Source: an uncultured bacterium
GTDB lineage: Bacteria > Edwardsbacteria > CAYGWX01
Length of the DNA stretch: 64,000 nt
NCBI GenBank assembly: GCA_964353855.1
Contig: CAYGWX010000001.1
Location: forward strand, 139,389-203,388
Direction: 5' to 3'
The translations under genes were made by a program, and so were the position numbers. Position 1 is the stretch's first letter. Each line of letters begins with the position of its first letter. This document shows, one piece after another, positions 55,026 to 64,000 of the stretch. The notes beneath the pieces are model-generated. The model searched no databases. It saw only the letters and a list, made by a program, of their open reading frames with translations, and was not told the origin of the DNA.

Positions 55026-56339
55026 ATGAAAAAGGCCCTTTTTGCTCTGTCATTGATTCTGTCGCTTACAGTCTTATGGGGCTGCTCCAAGAAAAACCCT
55101 TCATCCCCCGGCGGAGGGGGGGGGAGCGGGGGTGGCGGGGGAGGTGGCGGTGGGACTGCGGGCGTCACGGTCGTCTCTCCGAACGGCGGGGAGAGCTGGC
55201 TCGCGGGAAGCAAGTACACCATCACCTGGACCGCCATCGGTCTCTCTACAGGGCAGTTCGAGATTTTATCCTCCAAGAACGGAGGCCAGAGCTGGGAGGC
55301 GGTGAGCCCCGGCCTGCCGCTCACGACCCGCTCCTATGCCTGGTCCCCGGAGGACACTACCCACCAGGGCCTCGTCTTGGTGCAGTACACCTCCGGCTCG
55401 CAGGTCCTGGCATCGGACTCCAGCGACCACGTCTTTGCCGTGACGAAGAGTACCAACATTCCCTATGTCGTGGGCACCGTATCCGTGGATGCCGGGCCCT
55501 ATGGAGTGGCTGCGACCCCGGACGGGAATTACGCCTATGTGACCTGCTCCGGGGCCGGGAGGGTGGACGTGATCGCCACCACCAACGACAGCGTGGTGGC
55601 CAAGATTGCGGTGGGCAATCAACCCCAGGGGATCGCTATTGCTAGCGGTTATGCCTATGTGGCCAATTCGGCGGATTACTCGGTTTCAGTGATCTCCACC
55701 GTCTGGCCTCCCCGCGTGGTGAGCACGATCACGGGATACGCCTCCGCCCCCTCCGGCGTAGCCGCGAGTGGCTCCTTCGTCTTCACGATTTCTAATGCTT
55801 CCCCGAACCGTCAATTGGCAAAATATGATACCCGCAGTGGCTCAATCACTTACCAAACCCTGATCAGCCCTGGGGGCGGAATAGCGACATCGGGAGATTC
55901 CGTTTTCGCTACGAACTACAATTCGAATGTCGTGACCGTTCTGGACACACTGAATTTGATACCTTTTACGCATTCCCTTCCCCAGGGCCGGGGCCCCTCT
56001 GGAATTGCAATTCTGCCTTCCGGAGGTGAACTGTACATAGCCGACGCGCAGAACAATTACGTTTCGATCCTCGCCAGACCCGGGTACACTGAGACCGCTT
56101 TCTTTTTGGGCAATACTCCTACCGGAGTGGCCATGAAACCTGCTGGGAACTACGCCTATTTTTCCCAGAACACCGGTAACAGCGTATCGACGGTCAACAC
56201 CTCCAGCAAAGCGGTGACCGGGCCGGTCGCGGTGGGCTCGGGGCCCCTGGGCTTGGCGATCACCCCGGGTGGAAAGCACGTCTACGTGGCCAACAACGGG
56301 GCGAACACCGTTTCCGTGGTCTACACCAACGGTTATTAA
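55026..56339 (+). CDS. Lipoprotein with Ig-like domain and YncE/YVTN beta-propeller
   Basis: Lipobox LWGC, Gly linker, SPNGGE, P.GVA.TPDG..AYV repeats. Confidence 0.88.
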   Translation: MKKALFALSLILSLTVLWGCSKKNPSSPGGGGGSGGGGGGGGGTAGVTVVSPNGGESWLAGSKYTITWTAIGLSTGQFEILSSKNGGQSWEAVSPGLPLTTRSYAWSPEDTTHQGLVLVQYTSGSQVLASDSSDHVFAVTKSTNIPYVVGTVSVDAGPYGVAATPDGNYAYVTCSGAGRVDVIATTNDSVVAKIAVGNQPQGIAIASGYAYVANSADYSVSVISTVWPPRVVSTITGYASAPSGVAASGSFVFTISNASPNRQLAKYDTRSGSITYQTLISPGGGIATSGDSVFATNYNSNVVTVLDTLNLIPFTHSLPQGRGPSGIAILPSGGELYIADAQNNYVSILARPGYTETAFFLGNTPTGVAMKPAGNYAYFSQNTGNSVSTVNTSSKAVTGPVAVGSGPLGLAITPGGKHVYVANNGANTVSVVYTNGY

Positions 56340-56378
56340 GATGGGTCATGTAGCTGGGCGGGAACATTTCGGGAAAGG

Positions 56379-57971
56379 ATGAGCATGTCATCTGAGATTC
56401 GTGAATTCGTAAAGACGATCATCGCTGCGATTGAGCCCTTGGCCCGGGATGCGGCCCTGGCCTACTGGGACTTCAGCCTCACCTCCAGCGAGGCCGCGGC
56501 CCGCCGGAGCGAGGAGCTGGACCGGACCCTCCGTGAGTTGTTCTCCAACCGCGAGACTTTTCAACAACTTAAGGCCTGGTGGGAGAAAGGAGTCGAGGAT
56601 CCGCTTCTCGCACGGGAGGTCCGGCTGCTCCTCCTCGGGCACTGGGCGAACCAGATGGAAAGGCAGACGATCGCCGACCTGGTGAAGCGGGAGAAAGAGA
56701 TCGAGGGCGTCTTCTACGCCTACCGCGCCCGGGTGGGGGGGAAGGAGCGTTCGGACAACGAGCTCTCCGGGATCCTCCGCGAGGAGACCCAAAGCGCCCT
56801 CTGCCGGGAGGCCTGGGAGTCTTCCAAGCAAGTCGGGGCCCAGGTGGCCGCAAAGCTCCGCGAATTGGTGAGAAGGCGCAATGCCGCGGCCCGGCATATC
56901 GGATTCGCCAATTTCTACGCCATGCAGATCGAGCTCCAGGAGCTGAACGAGAAAGACCTGTTCGACCTGCTGGCCAGGCTGGAGCAGCTGACCGACGCGC
57001 CTTTCCGGGACTACAAACGCGGTCTGGATCTTGCCCTCTCCGCGCGTTTCGGGTGCCCTCCTTCGGACCTCCGGCCCTGGCACTACGCCGACCCCTTCTT
57101 TCAGAGGCCGCCCGAGGCCGGGGGGGTCTCCCTGGACGCGTCCTTCAAAGACAAGGATATCGAGGTCCTGACCCGCTCCTTCTACCGGGACCTGGGCCTG
57201 GACATCGAGGACATACTGAAGCGGAGCGACCTTTACGAAAAGCCCGGCAAGTGCCAGCACGCCTTCTGTACGGACATTGACCGCCGGGGGGATGTGCGCA
57301 TCCTCGCGAACGTTGTGCCCGGGGAGCGCTGGATGGGCACGATGCTCCACGAGGTCGGACACGGGGTCTACGACAAGTATCTGGACATGAGCCTGCCCTA
57401 CGCCCTCCGGGAGCCGGCCCACATTTTGGCCACCGAGGCCGTGGCCATCCTGATGGAACGCTTCCCCCGCACGGCCTGGTTCCTCGTCCGCTACGCCGGG
57501 GTCCCTCCGGAGGAGGCAAAGGCCATGGAGAAAGACCTTCGGGCCCAGTCCCGGGCCAAGCTCCTAGTCTTCTGCCGATGGTCCTCGGTGATGATGCGCT
57601 TCGAACAGGCGATGTACCGCGATCCGGACCAGGACCTGGATTCTCTCTGGTGGGACCTGGTGGAGCGCTACCAGCTTCTGGCGCGGCCGGAGGGCCGCAG
57701 GGCTCCGGACTGGGCGGCCAAGATCCACCTCTCCACCAGCCCGGTCTATTACCACAACTACCTCCTCGGCGAGCTGGCCGCCGCCCAGATGGAGGACCAC
57801 ATCCAGGGAAACGTCCTGGCTCCGGGCGAGGTCTTCGCCAACCCCAAGTCCGGGAGCTTCCTGGTGGAGAAGGTCTTCCGCCCGGGAAGCAGGGCTTCCT
57901 GGAACCTCTGGCTGGCGAAAGCCACCGGCGAGCCCTTAAACCCGGAGCATTTCGCCCGACGGATCGCCTGA
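56379..57971 (+). CDS. M3/M2-like zinc metallopeptidase
   Basis: HEVGH, downstream TEAVA, HAFCTDID, PVYYHNY. Confidence 0.88.
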   Translation: MSMSSEIREFVKTIIAAIEPLARDAALAYWDFSLTSSEAAARRSEELDRTLRELFSNRETFQQLKAWWEKGVEDPLLAREVRLLLLGHWANQMERQTIADLVKREKEIEGVFYAYRARVGGKERSDNELSGILREETQSALCREAWESSKQVGAQVAAKLRELVRRRNAAARHIGFANFYAMQIELQELNEKDLFDLLARLEQLTDAPFRDYKRGLDLALSARFGCPPSDLRPWHYADPFFQRPPEAGGVSLDASFKDKDIEVLTRSFYRDLGLDIEDILKRSDLYEKPGKCQHAFCTDIDRRGDVRILANVVPGERWMGTMLHEVGHGVYDKYLDMSLPYALREPAHILATEAVAILMERFPRTAWFLVRYAGVPPEEAKAMEKDLRAQSRAKLLVFCRWSSVMMRFEQAMYRDPDQDLDSLWWDLVERYQLLARPEGRRAPDWAAKIHLSTSPVYYHNYLLGELAAAQMEDHIQGNVLAPGEVFANPKSGSFLVEKVFRPGSRASWNLWLAKATGEPLNPEHFARRIA

Positions 57972-57997
57972 GGTCTTCTCCCCGGGGGAAATGGGGG

Positions 57998-58027
57998 TTG
58001 ACAAAACCAAGCGGTATGCGCTATAAT
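57998..58027 (+). promoter_or_regulatory. Sigma70-like promoter
   Basis: TTGACA-N18-TATAAT. Confidence 0.7.
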
Positions 58028-58121
58028 ATTAACCCCATTTCGATCGAGGAGGTGATGAGGGAAATCCGCGAAGACCGTACGTTTTTAAAAAGTTAAACTT
58101 TTTCATGGAAAGGAGTTCGTA

Positions 58122-59507
58122 ATGAAGAAAGCGTTACTGCTTGGGACCCTGGTGTTGCTAATGGCCGGGTTGGCCTTCGCCCAGGCCTGGACGCTGGGAC
58201 CGAATTCTGTGTCTCAGTTTAGGTACTGGAGAACTGGCAGCGCGTACTATCCTCCCACGGGGAAGGCCTATTTCCTCGGCGGTCGTCTGACGGACCTCAC
58301 GACCAACGGCGAGATCTGGAGCTTCGATCCCGTGGCTGGGACGTTTGCCGACGAGGCCCTGGCCATGGAGGTCCCGATTTCCAACTACAACGTCTGCTTG
58401 CTCAAGGATCTAACCGGCCCGGATAGCCTCGCCCTTTATGTTGCTGGCGGGCGCCGAGGCGACGGGACCAACGCCCCGATCCTGCAGGTCTATTACCCCA
58501 TCTCCGGTCTGGCCATGTCCCTGACTTCCGATCCTTTCCCGGGCACGATCGGCGGCCGGGTCTATACCCCGGCCCAAGGCCAAGTGGTGTTGAACAACAA
58601 GATGTACGTCATCGCGGGCTTGCAGGTCACCGCCGCCCCCTATCAAACAGACTCCACGTACGTCTACGACCCGGCCCAGCCTGCGGGCAGCCGCTGGTCC
58701 CGTCTGACCGCCCGCCTGTCCCAGGCTCGCGGCTATATCACCCCGGCGGTCGTGGACGGGAAGGTTTACGCCATCGGCGGAAGCTACACAACCTCTGGTG
58801 CGACTCTTATTAACTCCAACCGCGTGGAGCGTTACGATCCCGCCAACCCCGGCGCCGGATGGGTGCGGATGGCCGACCTCCCGGACACCTCGTCCGAAAG
58901 CCATGCCTTTGGGTTCGACACCGGCTCGCCCTACGGGCTGGGTGGTCACATCATCCTGGCTCCCCAAGGGGGCTGGCCTGTCCCCAATGGAGCTTGCTAT
59001 GACTACAACGTGGCCACGAACTCCTGGTCCACCTTCCCGGCGTTCAATGTGCCCCGCAGAGCTCATGCCGGGTTCTTCGTTCCCGGCCCCGGCGGCTCCA
59101 ACGGCATCCCCGGGATGTGGGTCTGGGGTGGAAGAGGGGTCGTGGCCGATTCCAACACACTGGGAAGCACGGAGTACTACCAACTCAATTACAGTGCCGT
59201 GGAGGAGCAGGGCAGCGTCCGGTTGGAGAAGTTGACCGCCCTGCAGGCTCCCGTGCCTAATCCGTTCTCGGGCAAGACGGTCCTGCGCTACTCCCTGGCC
59301 AAATCCGGACCGGTGAGCCTGGCGATCTACGGGATCACCGGCCAGAAGGTGCGCACCTTGGTCTCCGAGAACGCCTCGGCCGGGACCCACGAGGTGGCTT
59401 GGGACGGTAGGGATGAGTGCGGCAAGCCGGTCGGAACCGGCGTCTACTTCGCCCGTTTCGCGGCCGAGAAGGTCCATTCCACCGAGCGCATCACGGTTCT
59501 GCGGTAA
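58122..59507 (+). CDS. Secreted Kelch-repeat protein with FlgD-Ig C-terminal domain (paralogue 1)
   Basis: GG-containing Kelch repeats (GKVYAIGG, VERYDP); AVEE linker; WDGRD. Confidence 0.88.
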   Translation: MKKALLLGTLVLLMAGLAFAQAWTLGPNSVSQFRYWRTGSAYYPPTGKAYFLGGRLTDLTTNGEIWSFDPVAGTFADEALAMEVPISNYNVCLLKDLTGPDSLALYVAGGRRGDGTNAPILQVYYPISGLAMSLTSDPFPGTIGGRVYTPAQGQVVLNNKMYVIAGLQVTAAPYQTDSTYVYDPAQPAGSRWSRLTARLSQARGYITPAVVDGKVYAIGGSYTTSGATLINSNRVERYDPANPGAGWVRMADLPDTSSESHAFGFDTGSPYGLGGHIILAPQGGWPVPNGACYDYNVATNSWSTFPAFNVPRRAHAGFFVPGPGGSNGIPGMWVWGGRGVVADSNTLGSTEYYQLNYSAVEEQGSVRLEKLTALQAPVPNPFSGKTVLRYSLAKSGPVSLAIYGITGQKVRTLVSENASAGTHEVAWDGRDECGKPVGTGVYFARFAAEKVHSTERITVLR

Positions 59508-59651
59508 GTTTCAGCATCCGGTTAGCTTGGAAGGCCCCGACTTGTTCGGGGCCTTCTTCTTGGCTTTTGCCACCCGACCCTTCCGAAGGAGGTTTTTTCA
59601 TTCGGGAATGCCTCCTCCAACCGGACTGGTCGTCTCAACTCGGCGAGGGGA

Positions 59652-59681
59652 TTGACAAATGCCAGGGATGTTCGCTATAAT
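59652..59681 (+). promoter_or_regulatory. Sigma70-like promoter
   Basis: TTGACA-N18-TATAAT. Confidence 0.7.
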
Positions 59682-59776
59682 ATGGGCAGATTCCGTTCAA
59701 GGAGGTGATGCGGCTAAAGCTTCGAGGACCGGGCGGTTCACAGGAGAAACCCCTTTTTCATGGAAAGGAGTTCGCG

Positions 59777-61168
59777 ATGAAGAAAGCGTTACTGTTTGGG
59801 GCCTTGGTTCTGTTGGTTGGCCAGGCGGTCTTCGCCCAATGGACGCTCGGGCCGAATTCTGTGTCTCAGTTCAGGTACTGGAGGACAGGGGGCGAGTATT
59901 ACCCACCGACCGGGAAGGCCTACTTTCTCGGCGGCCGTCTAACGGATCTCACGACCAACGGCGAGATCTGGAGCTTCGATCCGGTTGCCGGAACTTTCAC
60001 CGACGAAGGCGTGGCCATGGAGATTCCGATTTCCAACTACAGCGTGGCCTTGCTCAATGACCCGACAGGGCCGGACAGCTTGGCTCTGTACACCGTGGGC
60101 GGCCGTAATAGTGCGGGTGGCTATACCGACGCCCTGCAGGTTTACTACCCGATCTCCGGATTAGCCATGTCCCTCACCTCCGATCCTTTTCCTGGACGGC
60201 TCGGAGGGGCGGTGTACTTTCCGGCCCAGGGCTGCGCGGTGGTGAACAACAAGCTCTATGTCTTCGGGGGATACGAGACCGTGGCCGCACCCTACAATGC
60301 GGATTCTACCTACGTCTACGATCCTTCCCAGCCCGGGGGGAGCCGGTGGTCCAATATCACCACAGCCAGGCTGTCCCAGAGGCGGGGCTATGTTACCAAC
60401 GCCGTCGTGGATGGGAAGATCTATGCCATCGGCGGGAACTGGACCCCTAATGGCGCAGTCCCGCTTCATAACTCGAACGTCGTGGAGCGCTTCGACCCGG
60501 CCAACCCCAGCGCCGGATGGGTGCAGATGGCGAACCTCCCGGACACCCAGTCCGAATCGGTAGCCTTCGGGTTCGACACCGGTTCGCCCTACGGTCTGGG
60601 CGGCCACATCATCGTGACCCCGCGGGGCTGCTGGCCGGATCCGTTTACGACTTGTTACGACTACAACGTGGCTACGAACACCTGGACCACGTTTGCAGAC
60701 GTGAATGTGGCCCGCAGGGACCAGGCCAGGTTCTTCGTGCCCGGCACCCGCGGCTCGGGCGGGATTCCTGGAATGTGGATCTGGGGTGGAAGAGGAGCTT
60801 TTGCAGGCGATTCCTATACGCTGGGAAGCACCGAGTACTACCAACTCACCTATAACGCCGTAGAGGAGCAGGGCGGAGTGCGGCTCGAGAAGCGGACCGA
60901 GCTCCAGGCTCCGAGGCCCAATCCCTTCGCGGGCAGGACGGTCCTGCGCTACTCCCTGGCCCAGTCCGGCCCGGTGAGTCTGGCGATCTACGGGATCACC
61001 GGCCAGAAGGTGCGTACCTTGGTTTCCGAGAACGCCTCGGCTGGGACCCACGAGGTGGCCTGGGATGGTCGGGATGCGTTCGGCAAGCCGGTCGGTGCCG
61101 GGGTTTACTTCGCCCGCTTCGCGGCCGAGAAGGTCCATTCCACCGAGCGCATCACGGTCCTGCGCTAA
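59777..61168 (+). CDS. Secreted Kelch-repeat protein with FlgD-Ig C-terminal domain (paralogue 2)
   Basis: Tandem paralogue of 58122-59507; same RBS context ttttcatggaaaggagttcg. Confidence 0.88.
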   Translation: MKKALLFGALVLLVGQAVFAQWTLGPNSVSQFRYWRTGGEYYPPTGKAYFLGGRLTDLTTNGEIWSFDPVAGTFTDEGVAMEIPISNYSVALLNDPTGPDSLALYTVGGRNSAGGYTDALQVYYPISGLAMSLTSDPFPGRLGGAVYFPAQGCAVVNNKLYVFGGYETVAAPYNADSTYVYDPSQPGGSRWSNITTARLSQRRGYVTNAVVDGKIYAIGGNWTPNGAVPLHNSNVVERFDPANPSAGWVQMANLPDTQSESVAFGFDTGSPYGLGGHIIVTPRGCWPDPFTTCYDYNVATNTWTTFADVNVARRDQARFFVPGTRGSGGIPGMWIWGGRGAFAGDSYTLGSTEYYQLTYNAVEEQGGVRLEKRTELQAPRPNPFAGRTVLRYSLAQSGPVSLAIYGITGQKVRTLVSENASAGTHEVAWDGRDAFGKPVGAGVYFARFAAEKVHSTERITVLR

Positions 61169-61279
61169 GACCTGTTTTTTCAAGTCAGTTCCTTCTTTTG
61201 GAGGGAGGGGTTTCTCAAGCGAAACCCCTCCTTCTTTTTGGGTCCCCCCTTAAGGGGGGGACTGTGCTAATGGTTGCCA

Positions 61280-61398
61280 GGAAGGTGAGGAAGGTAACAG
61301 GAAGGTAACAGGAAGGGAACAGGAAGGGAACAGGAAGGGATCAGGAAGGGTTGTGGGCGTGCAGTGGGCTTACTCTGGGCGTCTGGCGGGCGTTCAAA
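61280..61398. repeat. 11-bp tandem array drifting from GGAAGGkAACA to GGGCkT-type units
   Basis: ggaaggtaaca x2, ggaagggaaca x2, ggaagggatca, ggaagggttgt, then in-phase gggcgtgcagt gggcttactct gggcgtctggc gggcgttcaaa. Confidence 0.8.
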
Positions 61399-61478
61399 AC
61401 TCCCTTCCTTAACCGATCACCCTTCCTGTTCTCACCTCATGATCCCCGGGTTCCGGCATCCGCCGGAGATCAAGGTAG

Positions 61479-61507
61479 TTGACAACCTTTTCCCACTCTG
61501 TTAAACT
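61479..61507 (+). promoter_or_regulatory. Sigma70-like promoter
   Basis: TTGACA-N17-(TG.)TAAACT. Confidence 0.65.
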
Positions 61508-61591
61508 CTTTATACAGGAGCGCATGCCTGTGTCTGTAGAGGGGTCTGAATTCCGCGCTCCGCATTCCAAAATCCGCATTTCAAAGGAGCA

Positions 61592-62608
<1,017 letters not shown>

Positions 62609-62618
62609 CTCTGACTCC

Positions 62619-64000
62619 ATGGGGCGCTTGGGTCGTTGGGTCTGGGTCTGCTTGGCCCTGGGGCTCCTCCTTCGCCTGGCGATCATCCTGAGGCCCTTTT
62701 CCTGGGTGGACGACCTTGTGCTCTGCGACGACAGCTATCTCTGCTGGGACATCGCCCGCCGCTGGGCCGGGGGCCATCCCATGACCCAGGACGGGATTCA
62801 TTTCACCAACGGCTTCCAGCCCCTGTGGGTTTTCCTTCTGATCCCGGTCTTCTCCTTTTTCCCCAGCGATCCCATCCTTCCGGGCAAGATCGCGCTCGTT
62901 CTCCTGGCCCTGTTCAATGTTGCTACCGGGGTCTTCCTATTCCTCTTGGTCAAAGAGGTTGCCTCGAGAAAGGGGGCGTTCTTCGCACTCTTCCTGTGGA
63001 TGGCCTCACCCTATGTGATCGTCCAGGGGATCAACGGGATGGAGACGGCGCTGGTGATTCTGTTGATGGCGATCACACTCTGGTTTTACCTCACGAGGGT
63101 GAGGGACAAGCCATACTCCTGGCGACGATTCCTCGTGCTCGGCCTACTGGCCGGGCTCACCATGCTCGCCCGGCTGGACCAAGCCTTCCTCCTGCTCGCC
63201 CTCGGTATTGACGTGCTCTGGAAGAGAAGAAAGAAGGCTCTTGCCCCCTTTGCCCTGGTGGGGCTTGGATTTCTCGCAATGCTTTCTCCCTGGTTTCTCC
63301 TCTCCTATCATTACACCGGAAGTTTAATCCCGGTGAGTGGAAAAGCGGTAAGGTTTATTTCTTTGGCGGAGCTCCGCTGGAGAGGAATTCCGGAGTGGCA
63401 GTGGAATTTTAAGATGCTGAGGAACATCTTGGTCTGCTGGGTCAACGCGCCATTGCCTTTGATGAGCGTGACGCGCTCGCTGGCGGAGAAATTGTTGTGT
63501 CCGCGGCGAATGTTTTATGGGGCGCTCGCTTTACTATGCGGTCTTACGCTTTGGGCTCTCTGGCGACGAACTTCATTGGAGGTAAGGCAACGGGCAGGTC
63601 GTCTTTCCTTCCTTTGGGTGTTCGCGGCAGGGTTCTTGGGGTTCTATGCGTTTTATATCTACACCTATTGGTACCACGACCGCTACCAGGCGCCGACAAC
63701 GTTTTTGATTACCATGTTTTACGGCATTCTCTTTGCTTGGGCTCCATACTGGGGCAGGCAACTGCTCTGGATTGCCACTCCGCTGTTTCTGCTCTCGGGA
63801 TTTTGGACGATAGAGGCGAGGGAAGCAGTTCCGAATGGTTACGCTCGAATCGGGACTTATGTTGCCGAAAATTTTGTTCCGGGAACCAAGATTGGGACCT
63901 ATCAATCCGGAGCGATGGGCTATTTTGCAAGGGACAAGATCGTCATCAATCTCGATGGAGTAGTGAACGAGGAGGCTCTGTGCGCACATAAGGAGAATCG
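62619..64000 (+). CDS. GT-C fold (ArnT/PMT-like) membrane glycosyltransferase, partial at window end
   Basis: Frame from ATG 62619 reads DDSY..W.IAR, TNGFQPLW, NGMETAL, LARLD and, in the same frame at the end, SGAMGYF...INLDGVVN; absent from ORF track because it has no stop. Confidence 0.8.
   Translation, partial: MGRLGRWVWVCLALGLLLRLAIILRPFSWVDDLVLCDDSYLCWDIARRWAGGHPMTQDGIHFTNGFQPLWVFLLIPVFSFFPSDPILPGKIALVLLALFNVATGVFLFLLVKEVASRKGAFFALFLWMASPYVIVQGINGMETALVILLMAITLWFYLTRVRDKPYSWRRFLVLGLLAGLTMLARLDQAFLLLALGIDVLWKRRKKALAPFALVGLGFLAMLSPWFLLSYHYTGSLIPVSGKAVRFISLAELRWRGIPEWQWNFKMLRNILVCWVNAPLPLMSVTRSLAEKLLCPRRMFYGALALLCGLTLWALWRRTSLEVRQRAGRLSFLWVFAAGFLGFYAFYIYTYWYHDRYQAPTTFLITMFYGILFAWAPYWGRQLLWIATPLFLLSGFWTIEAREAVPNGYARIGTYVAENFVPGTKIGTYQSGAMGYFARDKIVINLDGVVNEEALCAHKEN

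Noticed and set aside
62636-63991. Listed ORFs 62636-63211 and 63497-63991
   Set aside because: Alternative frames of the open-ended glycosyltransferase gene starting at 62619

Overview
GC-rich bacterial chromosomal window, almost all genes on the + strand. The many secreted proteins with a 'GVEE' linker and FlgD/T9SS-like C-terminal domain suggest an uncultured lineage such as WOR-3/TA06 (inference). Recognisable housekeeping genes are gcvPB, a lipoate ligase, nadB, an APC permease/USP/TrkA cluster, an MFS transporter, hppA, a Pat-type acetyltransferase, S8 and M3-like peptidases, MoxR and a partial GT-C glycosyltransferase. Two uncharacterised systems stand out. (1) A repeated module found twice in full (~111-5670 and ~15408-18970): gap-free colinear leader, drifting 11-bp tandem array, 19-bp-spacer promoter, ~215-aa basic protein, second promoter driving a conserved structured ~140-nt non-coding RNA, variable defence-like cargo, then a secreted beta-propeller with a shared short C-terminal domain. 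A third, diverged protein homologue at 43825 also has an 11-bp array, and there are orphan 11-bp and 21-bp arrays. (2) A long gcvPB / GlmL-like ATPase / lipoate-ligase operon containing a tandemly duplicated four-gene membrane module (FN3+DUF6754-like plus three membrane proteins). No rRNA, tRNA, CRISPR array, integrase or transposase was seen. Family names come from motif recall, not database searches.
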